Shown one piece after another: positions 12,301 to 27,300 of a DNA stretch of 64,000 nt. Both the position numbers and the translations under genes were made by a program. Below the pieces are notes generated by a model that worked only from the letters and a program-made list of their open reading frames with translations, did no database searches and was not told the origin of the DNA. Numbering within the stretch: the stretch's first letter is position 1; every line of letters starts with the position of its first letter. The stretch is from assembly GCF_018977255.1 (NCBI RefSeq), contig NW_024704743.1:93994001-94058000 (forward strand), given 5' to 3'. This DNA is from Callorhinchus milii. Lineage: Eukaryota.

Positions 12301-15300
12301 CCTCCCATTCTTTGCTCATCTCCCTGAAGAAAATCTTGCAGTGCTCAGACATGCCCTTGACCAGTTTGTAGCTGCCCATTTCCCTATGAAATCAGATGAA
12401 TTTCCCAAGGGTACGCTGAAATATAACAACTATGTTGATGCCATCAAAAAGGTAAGTGTTGCTTTATAAAGAGAGCATGATCGTTTGGGTCTATAATAAA
12501 TGTAATAATCCTTTTACATTTAATAAGCGCCTTATCACATTGTTGAGATGTCTCAGAGCGCTTCACAGAATATAATAATAATTCTTGCATTTGATACAGC
12601 ACCTTATCACGACTTTGAGATGTCTCAAAGCACTTCACAGAATATACTGTAAAGTGAATTGACTGTATATTTTGTGGGCGAAACGTGGCAGCCACATGAA
12701 TATTACATGACTAGATTGATGCCTTTTTGGAAATAATAATTTGATCTTGAATTTAATCCTGAACCAGATAAAAGTGAGTGCAGAAAATCTTCTTTGCACA
12801 AAGGGTTGTGAGAATGTGGACTGCTCTGCCCAAGAAGGCAGTTCTGTTGATGCAGAACTGATTGGAGTGCTCTAAAAGGAATTGCTCTGAAAGTGCTGCC
12901 ATGAATTCACAAACTGCTTTTGAGCCTGGAATTTCATTACAATAATATAGCCTCACCTACAACCTATAAGTCAACACAATAATAATAATCCTTACGTCTG
13001 ATTCAGCATCTTATCAAGTCAGGAAGATGCCTCAATGTGCTTCACAAGATTTACTATAAAGTGTAGTGACTGTGTATTTTGTAGGAGAATAACAATGTCC
13101 AACGAACAGCCATTAAGTGAATGATCGATTTTATCTGGGACGTTGTTGGCCAGGATACCCGGAGAAATGCCCTTCTCTTTCTGAATAGTGCCATGGGATC
13201 ATTGCCTAAATAGAGACAGACGGGGCCTTGGTTTAACGTCTCATCTGAAGAAAGGCACCGCTGCCAGTGCAGGGCACCTCCGGCACTGCATTAGAGTATT
13301 AGCCTAGATCAGGGTTTTCCAACCTTTTGGCTGCTAAAAGCCAGATACCCTATTTTGGGAGGAGGGGGAAATGAAACTGGCCCATGGGCTGCCAGTTGGA
13401 CCACTTAAAAGTGTTACACTGGCTGATCCTTGTTCCCCGCAGATCTTCAGGCCATTGTTCTCATTTTCATTTTTTAAGTGTTGTCAATCAGAATGTAGGG
13501 AGGGATATTGTTTTATATGTACCGAATGATTGCTCAAATTATTGCTGTGCTCAGATCACTCTTCTTTCAATACATCTTTCAGTTGCTGGATGCTTTGGAG
13601 CTATCTCAGAGTCCTATGCTGTTGAAACTAATGATCGCGATCCTGTGTCGTGACAGCAGGCATGTCATGGAAGAGGGATTTCAAGTCTGCTTCCAAAGAT
13701 TGGCAAAAACGTACGGATTTCATTCCTTCACACCACCTACTAAATGACGGGAGGCTGGAGGTTAACTCTCCCTTGTGTTTTTATAATCTTCTCGGTGACT
13801 TAAATTGATTTATTAATTGACAACTATTTTATAATAATAATTAATAATCCTTGCATTTAAAATGGCGTCTTATCACGTCTTCAAGACGTCTCAAAGCGCT
13901 TCACAGAATATATTGTAAAGTGAATTGACTGTATATTTTGTGAGCAAAACATGGCAGCCAATTGCGCACCTCAGTGTCCCAAAAACAGGTATGGATTGAG
14001 TGACCATTTTTTTTAAGGGATTATTACCCAGGGAAAAAGCAATCCAGCAATCGACTAACATCCAGGTTCCTACTTACTACTTGGTAAACAGAGGCGAGTG
14101 GAGTAAGGAAACTTGCCCAACATTTCGTCCTGCCCAGAAATCGAGCCCAGTTCTCATGCTTGCGAGGCGAGTGCTTTAACCACTCCACATTTTCATTGTT
14201 AATTACATAATAAAGAGCACCTGTAATTCCCTCTGTAAAAAAAATATTTTTACACGGGTTGCATTTGAGACCCTATTGTGAACCTGTGGGCAAAGTGAAG
14301 ATGTTTTGCTCTGTTTCAGGGGTAGCTGTGAGAAACAAGTGGCCCTGTTGGAAGCAGTGTACGGGATGTTCGAGAATGAAGGGGGACTTTCTAACATCGC
14401 CCGGCAATCTGTCATGGACCGTTCTCTCCTCACTCTTATTACCCATTGCAGTCTAGATGCTTTAAAGGAGTTTATCAGTAAAATTATAAAGGATGCAATG
14501 GGTATTTTACAATCCAGATTTACAAAGGTACAGTACAATACAAATTTACCCTTATTATAGCACCTTTCATGTCGGGAGGACATCCAAAGGCGCTTAAAAT
14601 GTTACAGCAGAATGGAGTGGTATATGTAATTATTTCAGATCAATAGTACGGTATGTATTTACTGTGATTGTAGTGTAAATTATTAAATTATTAAATGTTG
14701 TTTGTTTATGATGACCTATCCCATTTGGTATCCTGCAGCTGTCTTTCATCCCATATCTTAAAAGTTCAGGTTTAATGTGAGGATGTGAAGATAGAGCAGG
14801 ACTGACTGATGAAAGCTTTCCTCTTGTTCTAGACCAGCGAGTCCAGTTTTGATAACCAGTTGACAAGGAAAATTGGTTGTTACAAGCTCTTGGAAGTCAC
14901 GTACATACGTCTGCCAAAAGATGACATCTACTCCGAGGATTCGAAGATAAATCGGGCTTTCCATAGCTCCAGCAACATGGAGGGCAATAAGCTACTTTCA
15001 AAGTCTCTGCTGAAGTAAGGCTTTGTGATTGCTGAAACAGAAATGACACTGAAGAAAGCAAAGTTGTTGTTTTCCACGTGTCCATAGTTTGACGAGCCAT
15101 TTTTTTGCCCTCTGATGCTGTAGAGGTACATGCTGTTATCTTGTACTCCTCATCATTACTTCAGCCTCCAAATTTGAGTGATTAGAATCCATAAAGGAGA
15201 GAATCGGTTGGGTGGGGGGATCTACTGTGAATTAAACTATACCTCTTGTGATGCAGGATTTTTCTCCCAATCTGTGCTGCATCCCATAGTTCTGGAATAG

Positions 15301-18300
15301 CATTGCAGAATTTTTTTTAATTCCCTTTCTCAGGAGTCTTTTGGGTTAGGCTTACTAAGAAAAGATCACTTCACAGCTCTAAATCAGAAGGTTGTGGGTT
15401 TAAGTCCCACGTTGGAACTTGAAATCATATAGACTAAGCTGACACTGGAGAGGTGTTGCATTGTCGTAAGTGCCGTCCTTTGGATGAAACGTTAAAACAG
15501 GTCCTGTCTGCTTAATCAGGTGGACATCAAAGATTCCATGGCACTATTTGAAAAGAGAAGGGAGTTTCTCCTAATGTCCTGGCCAACGAATCCCCCAAAT
15601 AAAATTGGTTACTCACTCCATGGCAGTTTGTGGGATATTGCTGTGTGCAAACTGGTTGCTGCATTTTGCCCACAAAATACCTAAGTCAATCCACTTTACA
15701 GAATATCCTGTAAAGAGCTTTGAGGATGATAATAATAATAATAATAATCCTTGCATTTGATATAGTGCTTTTCACGTCTTCTCGACATTCACAGCACTTC
15801 ACAGAATAGACTGTAAAGTGAATTGAATGTATATTTGTGGGCGAAACGAGGCAGCCAATTGCGCACAGCAGTGTCCCACAAACAGTCATGGATTGAAATG
15901 ACCAATTTATTATTGTTTTGGAGGGATTATTATTAGGCGTGTGGAGTAAGGAAACTTGCTCAAGGTTTCGCCCTGCCTGGAATTGAACCCAGGTGTCTCG
16001 CTTGCAAGGCGAGTGCTCTAACCACTGAGCTACAGGATTCCACAATTGTCTCGAAGATGTGATAAAGCACTATATCAAATGTAAGGATTGTTATTATTAT
16101 AAGGCACAAGACCAAATGTAAGGATTATTATTATCAGATCTACCTACTGTGTAGGATGAATAACAGCAATGCTTTTGTGTTTTCTTCTGTCTTGCGGAGA
16201 CTCTGCTATGATGCGTTTACTGAGAACATGACGGGCGAGAAGCAGCTTTTGGAGAAGAGGAGGCAGTATCACTGCGCTGCTTATAACTGCATTATGGCTG
16301 TCGTCACCTGTATTTTCACAGAGGCTAAATTCTATCAAGGTTTTCTTTTTAGTGAGAAAGCTGAGAAGGTAAGAGAAGGGGAAGGATTTAAAGCAGAGGT
16401 CGTTAAATGAAAATACAAACGAGGTCTAAAATTGCTAGATTCATAACAAGATTCATTTAAGATACAAGCCCTGTAGATGCCCAGTCTCACGCCAACTCAT
16501 TTGAATTTTACTGTAATTTAAACAGCCTTCATGACCTGTGTGATTCACTCCCTCAAACACCAATCTAATTTTCTACTTTCATGAATCTGATTTTGAGGAA
16601 GCTATATAAAGTGTTTATTGTATTGTGGTGAAAGGATAGTGGTCGATCACTCTACCCTCATCCACCTCCTCTCACCTCAACCTCCACGACGCTGTCCTTG
16701 ATTGGTTCAGATCGTACCTCTCATGCCGCCTGCACTTCATCTCCTCAAATGGCTTCTCCTCTAGCCCCCGGGCCTCATGTGGCATTCCTCAGGGCTCTGT
16801 GCTTGGTCCCCTTCTTCAACATCTATACGCTCCCCCTTGGGGATATCATCCGCAGACATGGGGTTAACTTCCACATGTATGCGGATGACACCCAACTCTA
16901 ACTCTCTGTCTCCACCCTTGACTCCAGGACCACTGCTATCCTGACAGAATGTCTATCAGGCATCAAGTCCTGGATGAGAGCTAACCTTCTTCAGTTGAAC
17001 GTCAACAAGACCGAGGCTCTCCTGATTGTGTCCCGTCAACGTATCCTCACCTCAGGCGCTGATAGCATCACTATCTATGGTTGAACACTCCACCTTGCTA
17101 AGCCAGTCCGGAACCTTGGGGTCTTGTTTGACCCTCAACTATCCTTTCTACCCCACATTCGTAGATCCACTCTGCCTTCCCCCACCTCCGCAACGTCACC
17201 CTGCTCCGACACTCTCACACCGCAGGGCGCTGAAACCTTCATACACACCTTCATTACATCGAGGCTTGACAAGCAAACTCACTGCTTGTTGGCCTCCCCA
17301 ACTCCTCCCTCCACAGGCTGCAGATCATCCAGAACTCTGTAGCCCATGTCCTCTCCTGCACCAGGCTCCATAACCCTACCACCCCCATCCTTGCCCAACT
17401 CCACTGGCTTCCCATCACACAGAGGATACAGTTCAAGATCCTGGTCCTCACCTTCAAAGCTCTCCATCGTCTTGCTCCCCCCTACCTCTGCAACCTCCTA
17501 ATCCCGTACTATCCTGTTTGCTCCCTCCGCTCAGCGAGCTCCGGCCTGCTTCACGTCCCCTGCCTTGCTCGCCCCACTATCGACGGGCGGGCCTTCCGCC
17601 ACTCTGCCCCCACCCTCTGGAACTCCATCCCGCAGTCCCTCCGTCTCGCCCCCTCCATCACCACCTTCAAGACCCACTTCAAGACCCTCCTCTTCGACTG
17701 TGCTTTCGATCACCCTGCTTCCCCCCCCACCTGACCCTCAGTTCGGGTCCGTAACTGTCTGTCCAGCTCCTTGGGACATCCTCCCGACGTGAAAGGCGTT
17801 ATACAAATGTAATTTTGTTGCTATTGTTGTAGTCCTTCAAGCAGGCCATGAGCAGTGAGTTGGCAAAACAGATGCTGGGCTGTATTAAACGGGCAATATT
17901 GAGCCAAAATAGTGGAGTAATTCTGCCAATTTATAAACCCCTGGTGCGACCGCACTTGGAATATTGTGTGCAGTTCTGGTCACCACAATATAAAAAGGAT
18001 ATTGCAGCGATTGAGAGAATACAGAGGAGGGCAACCCAAATTATTAAGGGGATGGAGGGACTGGATTATGAGGAGCGATTAGATAAATTGGGCATGTTCA
18101 AGCTGGAGAAGAGAAGGTTGAGGGCCGATATGATTACAGTCTTTAAGATTCTGAAGGTAATAGATGATGTCGACTCTGATAAGCTGTTTTATCTTGCACC
18201 GAACAGTCGAACCAGAGGACACGACCTGCAATTGAAGGTAAATTCAGAACAAATTTGCGGAAACATTACTTCAGTGAGGGATTAGTAAAGTTATGGAACA

Positions 18301-21300
18301 GGCTCCCTAGGGAGACGGTGGAAGCAGAAAATGTTATTTGTTTCAAGAATAATTAGATAGGTTTTCTGCTGAAAAATAATATCTCGGGATACAATGTATA
18401 GTTTGAGACAAGAAATGTCAACCGACTGCCGGGAAGGTGGAAGGCAAACCAGATAGACCTTGGTCTTCTTTCGCTGAGAAAATTCTTATGTTCTTAAATT
18501 CTTATGTGCCCAGTTCTTGGTTGGTTGCAAGGCCTTTGCTTTTGGAGTCCTTGAAAGAATTGAAAACAGGAAGTGTGTAGAAAATTGAAGTAAAGTTTAG
18601 CTTTCCAAGCTACTTCCTTACAATACAGTTACACACTGTATGATATACTGTGGGTCTATATATAGTTCAGGTACAATATAGGCAGTACACGTTTGACTTT
18701 AATATAGATTGCACACAGGCACAAAAGTCCCCTGGTGTTCTGGTAACTGGGAATTACCTGTGAGATTCAGTGCTCTTAGCAGTGACTTGCCAATCCAGAG
18801 GTGTTGACTGGCAGTAGGATTAAAGGTACCTGCCAGCAGTATTAACACTTAGGGACATCCTCCTGATGTGAAAGGCACTTTATAAATGAACATTGTATTG
18901 TATTATAATGTAGCAAATGTAATATTATAATGTATAAATTATAATGTATAATGATTTTAAGGGTCCAAACCACTATGTTATAACAAGATCTGACCGTAGT
19001 TTTGTATTTTGAACTTGAAAGCAGCTGGAGTGAGTGGCTCGCTATTCGCTCTGTTGACTTGTGTTCATTGTTGCAGTGATTGTGACTAATGTAACGAGTG
19101 TTTTCGCACTGTCGTAACACAGGCACCTGTTTTAGAGCAATATTCGGTGAAGAGAGCCTTCAGCCTTGTTATCGTTGGCTGTTCCCTCTTTCNTTTTTCG
19201 CCATAGTTCTATTTTTGGGGGCAGATCATATGTGGTGAATCATTTTCTGATATTTTGATTTTACAGAACATCTTTATCTTTGAGAATCTGATAGAAGCTC
19301 ATCGCACCTACAACTTCCCTGTAGAGATTGAGGTCAGTAAAATTCCTTTGTACAGTAAGAGAGTTTGCACATTTTTTGTGAGAATCTCATTGGCAGACTG
19401 TCTTTAGAATACGCTCCTGATACACTGGTGGCAACTGGAGGAGGTGGAAGGAAAGTAAAGAGCAAGGGAGTGCAAGAAGTGAAAATGTAAAAAATAGCAA
19501 AAGGGAAACCTAAGAGAAGTTCATAGAAATAAAAGAACAGGCAACCCAGCAGGGATATAGAAAAGGAACACATATGCCAGGAGAAATGTTAAGTGTGAAA
19601 TGAGAAGCCTGAAACCTGCTCACACTTAAGTAAATTGTATATATTGTAGTTTTTCAATAACATCCTGAATGCATATGACTGAGCAAACAGTTTTCATTGC
19701 TCATGCAATTTTGTGCATTACAGTTATCTGGAGAGAAGATAACGTACACTGGGCAAAAATTACTAAAGATGATATGTATGGTGTACAGGCAGAATCTGTT
19801 CATAGCCTCCTATAAACTAATTAGTGATAAGCAATGATGTGCTAAAATGTCTCATTCAAGGTCCCGTTGGAAAAGAAAAGAAGGTTTATTTCTATTCGGA
19901 AAGAAGCAAGAGAAGCAGGAGATGGAGATTCAGGTTTGTGTGGACTTCTTTTCAAATAATATGGATGACTGGACTTAATTGGATTCTGTAGTCAATTACT
20001 AACTTGCACAGCAGAATATCTTTTCTAATAAGGAGGTGCTTATTATTTTCCTGCTACTTTTCCACTTTAAAGTGCTCCGAGACATTCCTCCGTGTGAAGG
20101 ACTCAATATAAACAACAAGTTATTATTATAATAATCTTTGCATTTGATATAGTGCTTTTCACGGGAGGACGTCCCAAAGTGCTCCACAGAACACACTGTA
20201 AAGTGAATTGACTATGTCTGTGGGCGAACGCGGCAGCCAATTGCGCACAGCAATGTCCCACAAACAGTTTTTAGTTTTGGAGGGATTATTATTAGGTGTG
20301 TGGAGTAAGGAAACTTGCCCAAGGTTTCGCCCCCTGCCTGGAATTGAACTCAGGTCTCTCGCTTGCAAAGCGAGTGCTCTAACCACTGAGCTACAGGACT
20401 CCACAAAGTCCACAAATTATTGTTGTTTGATGGTCTCTCGGCACCATGCACTATCTCAAACCAAGATAATGGACAAACTCCCTGGTTCTAACTCATTATG
20501 TAAGGGGATAGCTGAATTTACTTACTGAATTGTATTTTTTTTGGTAAGGCATTTAAATTTAGTGATATTTTCTCTTTTCTGCTTCCCTCAGTCCCACTCG
20601 CCACTCCCCAGTGGTAAGGGCAGATAGGCACTCTGCTCCCTGAGCTCTGCGTTAATAGTCGCTTTGCGATATGTCAGAAGATCGCAAGCCGGCAGGTTGC
20701 CTCTATTTTTCTTTCTCTTCCTCTGAGCATAGCGTTGTCACATTCTGTACGACAATCTCATTTTGCAAAGAATTATATAAAGCGTTACAGCATAGAGATA
20801 GACCAATTAGTTCATGCTGATGTTTGTACTCCACACAAGCATCCACCTTCTTTTAATCTCCCTGCCCACATCCCACTATTCCTTCCTCCCTCATTTACAC
20901 ATCACATTTCCACATCTGACCTTCTGAGCCCAAGAGTTTAGATAGCGACTGGTTCTTACTCCTTTTTTTCCCTTCCTATCTCAGGATACAAGAGCTAATT
21001 GTATTTAGCATTTCCTGGTATTGGGTCAGCCTGGCTCAGACAGTAGCACTCTCGCCTTTGAGTCAGAAAGTTGTAGAGATTGCGGGTTTAAGCCCCACAT
21101 TGGGTCTTGGAACTCATATAGTCTGTACCGATACTCCAATGTAGTGCTGCATTGTTTGAGTTGCAAACCTTCGGATCTGGGCCTTGATTTAACATCTCAT
21201 CTGAAGATAATTCAACTCAGAATCATGGATAAATGAGTTGTGTTGTACGAAGAAGAGGAAAAAACTCAACAGAAATTCATGGCACAAACATACAGAGGAA

Positions 21301-24300
21301 TATTACTGAAACAGTTGCACTGTCTGGATGCAAAAGATAAAATCGCCACCTCTTTCTCATAGGCACACAAAATTGGGAGTTTTCACTACTCTTGTGCGCA
21401 TTTTAGTAAAGATCTAAGTGTTGCCTATCTTTTCATTATCCAGGTGAACCTCAGTACTTGTCCTCTCAGTCGTACATGGCAGACAGCAGCCTCAGTGAGG
21501 AAATGAGTCAGTTTGACTTCTCTACTGGTGTTCAAAGCTTCTCGTATAACTCACAAGATCCCAGAGGACATGCAGTTCGTAGCAGGAGAAAGGTGACCAA
21601 ATACTTTTTTGCCGGATGTATGAATCTGAATGCCAGGTTACATTACATATCCTTCGAACGAGATGGTAAACCAGTTTAATATGCACCTAATCTCAAAATG
21701 GTCATAGAGAGTATTGAAAGAATTCTTGGATATTTTATAGACCCTGAATGCATTGGAGCAGAGTAGGCATATCTCTAAATAGTTGTCTGGATTTTGGAAT
21801 AATCTGGTATTTTAAGGATAGTTGAAAATAACAGATATGAGAATATTGAGAGATTTTCCACATCCCACGTTGGGACTTTGAGCTCCTAGTCTCGAATTCA
21901 ACGCAGTGCTGAGGGGAATGCTGCATTGTCAGAGCTGGCAACCTTCGGGTGAGACTTTAAACCAAGCTCCTGTCTACTTCTTCATATGACATTAAAGATC
22001 TAATTAAATTTCCATCTAATTGTCCAGCTGTTAGGGGGGTGGGTGGGCCGTTGGATTGTGGGACACAAATTATTGACTGACTGCAAATCACTCTTGATGA
22101 ATCAATTCAACATTGCCCACTCTTTGTGGTAAAATTGTGCTATAGAATTGTTCGCTTCTGTGTTTCTACGTACTGTTTTAATCGTGCTCATTTGCACATG
22201 GAGTTTGAACCAAATGCTTAAGTAATATTACATTATCAGCCAAGTTGTGGTCTATTGGCTCATTTGGAATGCAGATAAAAGGGGAGGGTAAAAGCATTCA
22301 GAAGATAGCAGCACAAAATGTGTTTTGTAAAATGCGTCCTTCTAGGGAACTCATGTTTACAGTTGCTTGAAGGAATTTGACTTCAATTCAAGAACTCATC
22401 AATAATGGAGTTTTCTTGGGTTGCTGTGACATGCATCATTTAGCCTGGAGAAATAACACTTTACATCCTGTGGTGCCTTTTCCAGTGTGAGGCACCACAA
22501 ATGCCACTGTTTCCTAATGGCTGCTTTTTAACTTCCTACGTAAATGGATCGAAGCAATGAAGAAAACAGTAACAAGGGCAGATAACACTGGTGAAATTGT
22601 CCACATCGCATCCCTGTGGGGGTGGATTGGGAGAGTCGCTTTTTCACTTCACTTTTGAATTACTGCAGACCACAAGAAACATTTAAATAAAGCGTGTTTA
22701 TTCTTTTAGAAGGTTTAAGAAAGACTTGTCCGAAATGTTTTGAACGCAAGCCTGAATATGTTTTAAGCTTTAATGATCAATAGCAAACAGGGAACGTCAA
22801 TGGAGATATTTCTGAACCCATACTTAAAACTTTGTTTTTCTATGTTCTGGCAGGAACAGGCAGAGTTGAGTGTTGTACAGAGTGATATTATGGAGCTTGA
22901 GATGGATGAGCTGAATCAGCATGAATGCATGCCTGCCATGATAGCGCTGATCAATCACATGCAGAGGAACAACATCACGCCACAAGTTGAAGAGGTCAGG
23001 AACCCAAACACAATATAAACCGAATTAACTTGCTCGTTCCCAATCGATCAGTGAATAAATCCATGTTGTAGATAGAGGATTAGAGAAACTTTTATTCTGA
23101 CATCCAAGTGAGTTTCAGAAGGATCCATTTAATCCTGGTACGTTCTTTTAAAGGTGGTGAACAAGTGAATGGTTTGCTGTTCTAATTAGAAACTTCATTT
23201 TTTTTATTGGGGTCTAATATGAGTCAATTCCTGAATGAGGAATGTTGAGTGAGGACTTTCTTCTGGTAAGCGGAAGTACATTATGCACATCAGATCATGG
23301 GAACCCCACTTAGGAAGTAGATTATGCTGGGCACGCCCGTACGTCATGTTTCTTTATTAATAATCATCTCTGCATCAAAATAGAGCACACAGCAAGATTG
23401 CACATATTCCTTTGAAGTGTTTCTTTATCACTAATTCAGAATTCCATTAAGATTATTTGCTTATTAGTCCCCATTTACATAGAATGTACAGCATGGAAAC
23501 AGACCATTCGGCCCAACTAGTTCATTTGTTGTTCATACTGCACACAAGTCTACACTCACTCCGTACTCCCTCCTATGCCTTCTGTTCCCTTCTCTCTCAT
23601 TGTTAACCTTGCAAACTGTTGAGGCTCTTGGATTTTTTGATTTGAGATTGAAGTGACTTCTCTGTAACTTTCATTCCACAGGGTAAAACTCCACAAGAGC
23701 TTCCACCGTGGATGAAGTTCCTGCACGGAAAACTGGGAAATTCCTCAATACCCTTAAACATCCGACTCTTTATTGCAAAACTCATCGTTAACTCTGAAGA
23801 GGTCAGTTCATTTTACCTCATTTTGATTTCTTCAGTACCATACAATAAAGCAGTTCCAATTATCAGTGCCTCTCATGCAGCAGGACATCTCAAGATGCAG
23901 CATAGTGCTGGATCTTCACCTGAACTGTGGATGGGAGCTGGGGAAGGGGTGGGGGATGGGTGAGGAGGGGAAAGAAGACCGAAAGCATGCTCAAAGAGAT
24001 ACGTTTTTGAGACGTGCCTTGAAAGAGGGATGGGGCGGGAGTGAGTTGGAGGGACTCCGAGACGGAATTCCAGAAAGTGCGTGCTGAACAGTTGTGAGCC
24101 CTCCCACTGATGATGGGGCAGATAGGGCAGAGGACATGAAGAACGCTGTGTTCACTGAGCGATGGGGGCGGCTGAGGCTATAGAGTACATTTCTTTCACT
24201 GCATTATAATCACTGCGCAAAGCCAGACATGAAACTGCACTGACCTTCAGAATAATATTCAGTTCCCACTCAACCCGTGATCTTGATTGCCTAGATAAGA

Positions 24301-27300
24301 CCAGGGAACATAGTGGTGGTGCTCAATCCTCACACTTAGCACAGCATGTTGTGCTAAACACTGTGTCATAGGGCTGCCATCTTTATTTTCAACCAACCTA
24401 ATAATCTCGGTATCAGAATAATAGCGCACAGCAAGATTATACGTATTTTCTTCTTTATCCCCTGTCATAATGTAAAATGTCTTTTCTAAAGTTTTGCACC
24501 CTTTCCTAATTTAACATTTCAAAATTATATCAAGTAATTTAATGGAAAAAGTGAATATTTTGAATAGTTGAAAACAGTTGTTGCTCAGAAGACTCAGAAA
24601 CCCAACAATTTGGAAGTACAGTATTTTATGTTTAAAGGTAAACTTAGCTTAAACAGCAGAAGACTTATGTTAATGTATGCAAACAGAGGTTGACGTAGCT
24701 CAACAGAAGTAATTGAAGAAGTTTCAGATCAGTGAGTTAACTCTATGAGCTGGGCATTCCCCATACTTCCTGATTTTATTACTATTATCAAGTAATTTCA
24801 GGGCAATTTAATAATAATAATCCTTAAATTTTGCATAGCACCTCCTTGTATAGGAGGATGTCTCATAGCATTTCACAGAATATACTATAAAGTACAGTCT
24901 TTTGTGGGCAAACACTCACAACAATTTAGGCAAATTTGACAGAAGATTCTCTTGAAATTAACCAAGTGCGGTTCTGCAGCATGAGCCCAGAGATCCTTTG
25001 TCTGGTCTTGCTATACTACCACATGCTGCTCCATGGTATTTTGATTTGACCCAAGAAAATCTTTGAACCCACATCGCACAATGGGGTCCACTTTGAGGAT
25101 TTCTTAAGGCAGATTCCTCAATAAGCATCTGAGTCGTGCAAGTGAGGTTTCCTTCCGGTGCCAGCCCATGGAACCGAACTCTAACAGAATCTATTTCTGT
25201 AAATAAGAGTACTACAAATGGGGATCCCATTGTTCTTAACGCCTAGAGTTTTAGCCCATTCGGGTTCATCTAAATTATTTAAATATACTGTGCATAAAAC
25301 CTCATTTCTTTTCCAGGTTTTCCGACCTTATGCCAAAGAGTGGCTGGGCCCTCTACTGCAGCTGGTAGTTTCTGGCAATAATGGAGGTGATGGCATTCAT
25401 TACATGGTGGTAGAAATCGTGGTAACAGTTCTCTCTTGGACAAGTGTGGCTACGCCAAAGGTACAGACTGACATACTTGGGCTGTTTCACAACAACATCA
25501 ACAACTTTCACTTGTATAGTAACTTCACCTATGATGAACCTCCCGAAGCTCTTCACAGATATACAGCAGATACTGTAAAGTGTAGTGACTGTGTAGTTGT
25601 AGGGTAGGAGAAGATCACAAAGTTAGGGAGTGGCCAGGACGTGAAGGGATTTATGAAAGACAATAAAGATCACTGAGTGAGGAGGAGAAGAAGGAAAATT
25701 TTAAAATCAAAGGCACATTGAAAGATATGTGATTGGAAGTATTTTAAAGGCAGCTGTGCACCACCGTCTCGGGCTGGAGAGGCTGACATCAGCTCCTCTG
25801 TTTCACAAATTTTCTTTGCTTCTACCTGAGTTTTCATTCATAAATAATGGGAAGTGAGAATAGCAAGGTGCTAAAGCTAATAAAAAAAGTAGCTGAGGCC
25901 CAAATCAATTGTGGGATTCAAGAAAAAAACAACACTTGGAAAGCAGAATTATTAAAAGGATGTGGAAAGGAGGACGTTGAGACACCTATNAAAAAAGTAG
26001 CTGAGGCCCAAATCAATTGTGGGATTCAAAAAAAAAAACCAACACTTGGAAAGCAGAATTATTAAAAGGATGTGGAAAGGAGGACGTTGAGACACCTATA
26101 CGAGTATGTAGAGACATGGAATGGTCTGTGAGTTGCTTTGACAGGTCAAATGGCCACCACCTGTTGCTAAATTCCTATGTTCCTGATTGCTGAATAGAGC
26201 AAAACCATGAACAACAACAACTTACATTTTTTTGAGCACCCTTCACATGGGTAGCAGCAATAAATGTATGCATTTTTTCAAAAAAAATTATGGTTTGTTG
26301 CTGTTTAGGGAAATATGAAGGATGAGATTCTAGCAAATCGCCTGCTGGAGTTTCTGATGAAGAATTCCTTTCATGAGAAGACGGCGGTGTTCAGACACAA
26401 TCTGGAAATCATTAAAACAGTGGTTGAATGCTGGAAGGATTGTCTGTCTGTCCCTTACAGGTGAGTGGTGGTTCTCTATGTTATGCTGGTCTGTGCATTT
26501 ATTTGTGAAAGGAGATGGTTTGAGTTTATATTTGATCAAATTTGATTGAATTACACCTGAAAATCACTACATCAAGAAAAATGTTATGAGGAACATTTTT
26601 TTAAATTTTCGATAAAGTCAAAGGTAAAAAAAAATTAATAATTAATTGCACGAGGAACGTGGCAGTTCAGATAAATATCTGCAATGCTGTTAAGCCTGAC
26701 TCATCTTCTTTTCTTCTTATGAAGAGACTTGAGTTTTCAGCGCTTTGCTATATCCCCCCCACGTGAAAGGCGCTATACAAATGTAATTTTGTTGTTGTTT
26801 ATGATTTCCAATTTCCATGCTAGGTGTAATTGTTTTTTGTTTTTGTGAAGTGTGTCTTTCCTCTATTGCAGTATGTTGGCGCCCTCCTGTGAGTCTGACA
26901 GGTCTTTGGTGGTGTTTATTTTTTAAATCAAACTTTTTTTAAAAGTTATTTTTGTTTGTTCATTTTGCAGCCTGATATTTAGTCGATTTTCCAGTACTGA
27001 TCCTAACTCCAAAGATAACTCTGTGGGCATTCAGCTACTTGGGATAGTCCTGGCCAATAACCTGTCTCCATATGTCCCCAAATGTGAAATTGGCTATGAA
27101 AGGTAAGATTTACAAATGGTTCTATGTGTAACATGAGAGTGAACCGGAGAACACCGCAATGTAAAAATCTGACATTGGTAACCGGCTCAAACCCTCTTGT
27201 TCAAATGTTTCAATTGAGCCTCTTGCCAGTGAATAGTACCAAACAGACCCCAAACTCAATGAAGCACAAATCATTGCGTCAGGGGATTGCGACTGTATGT

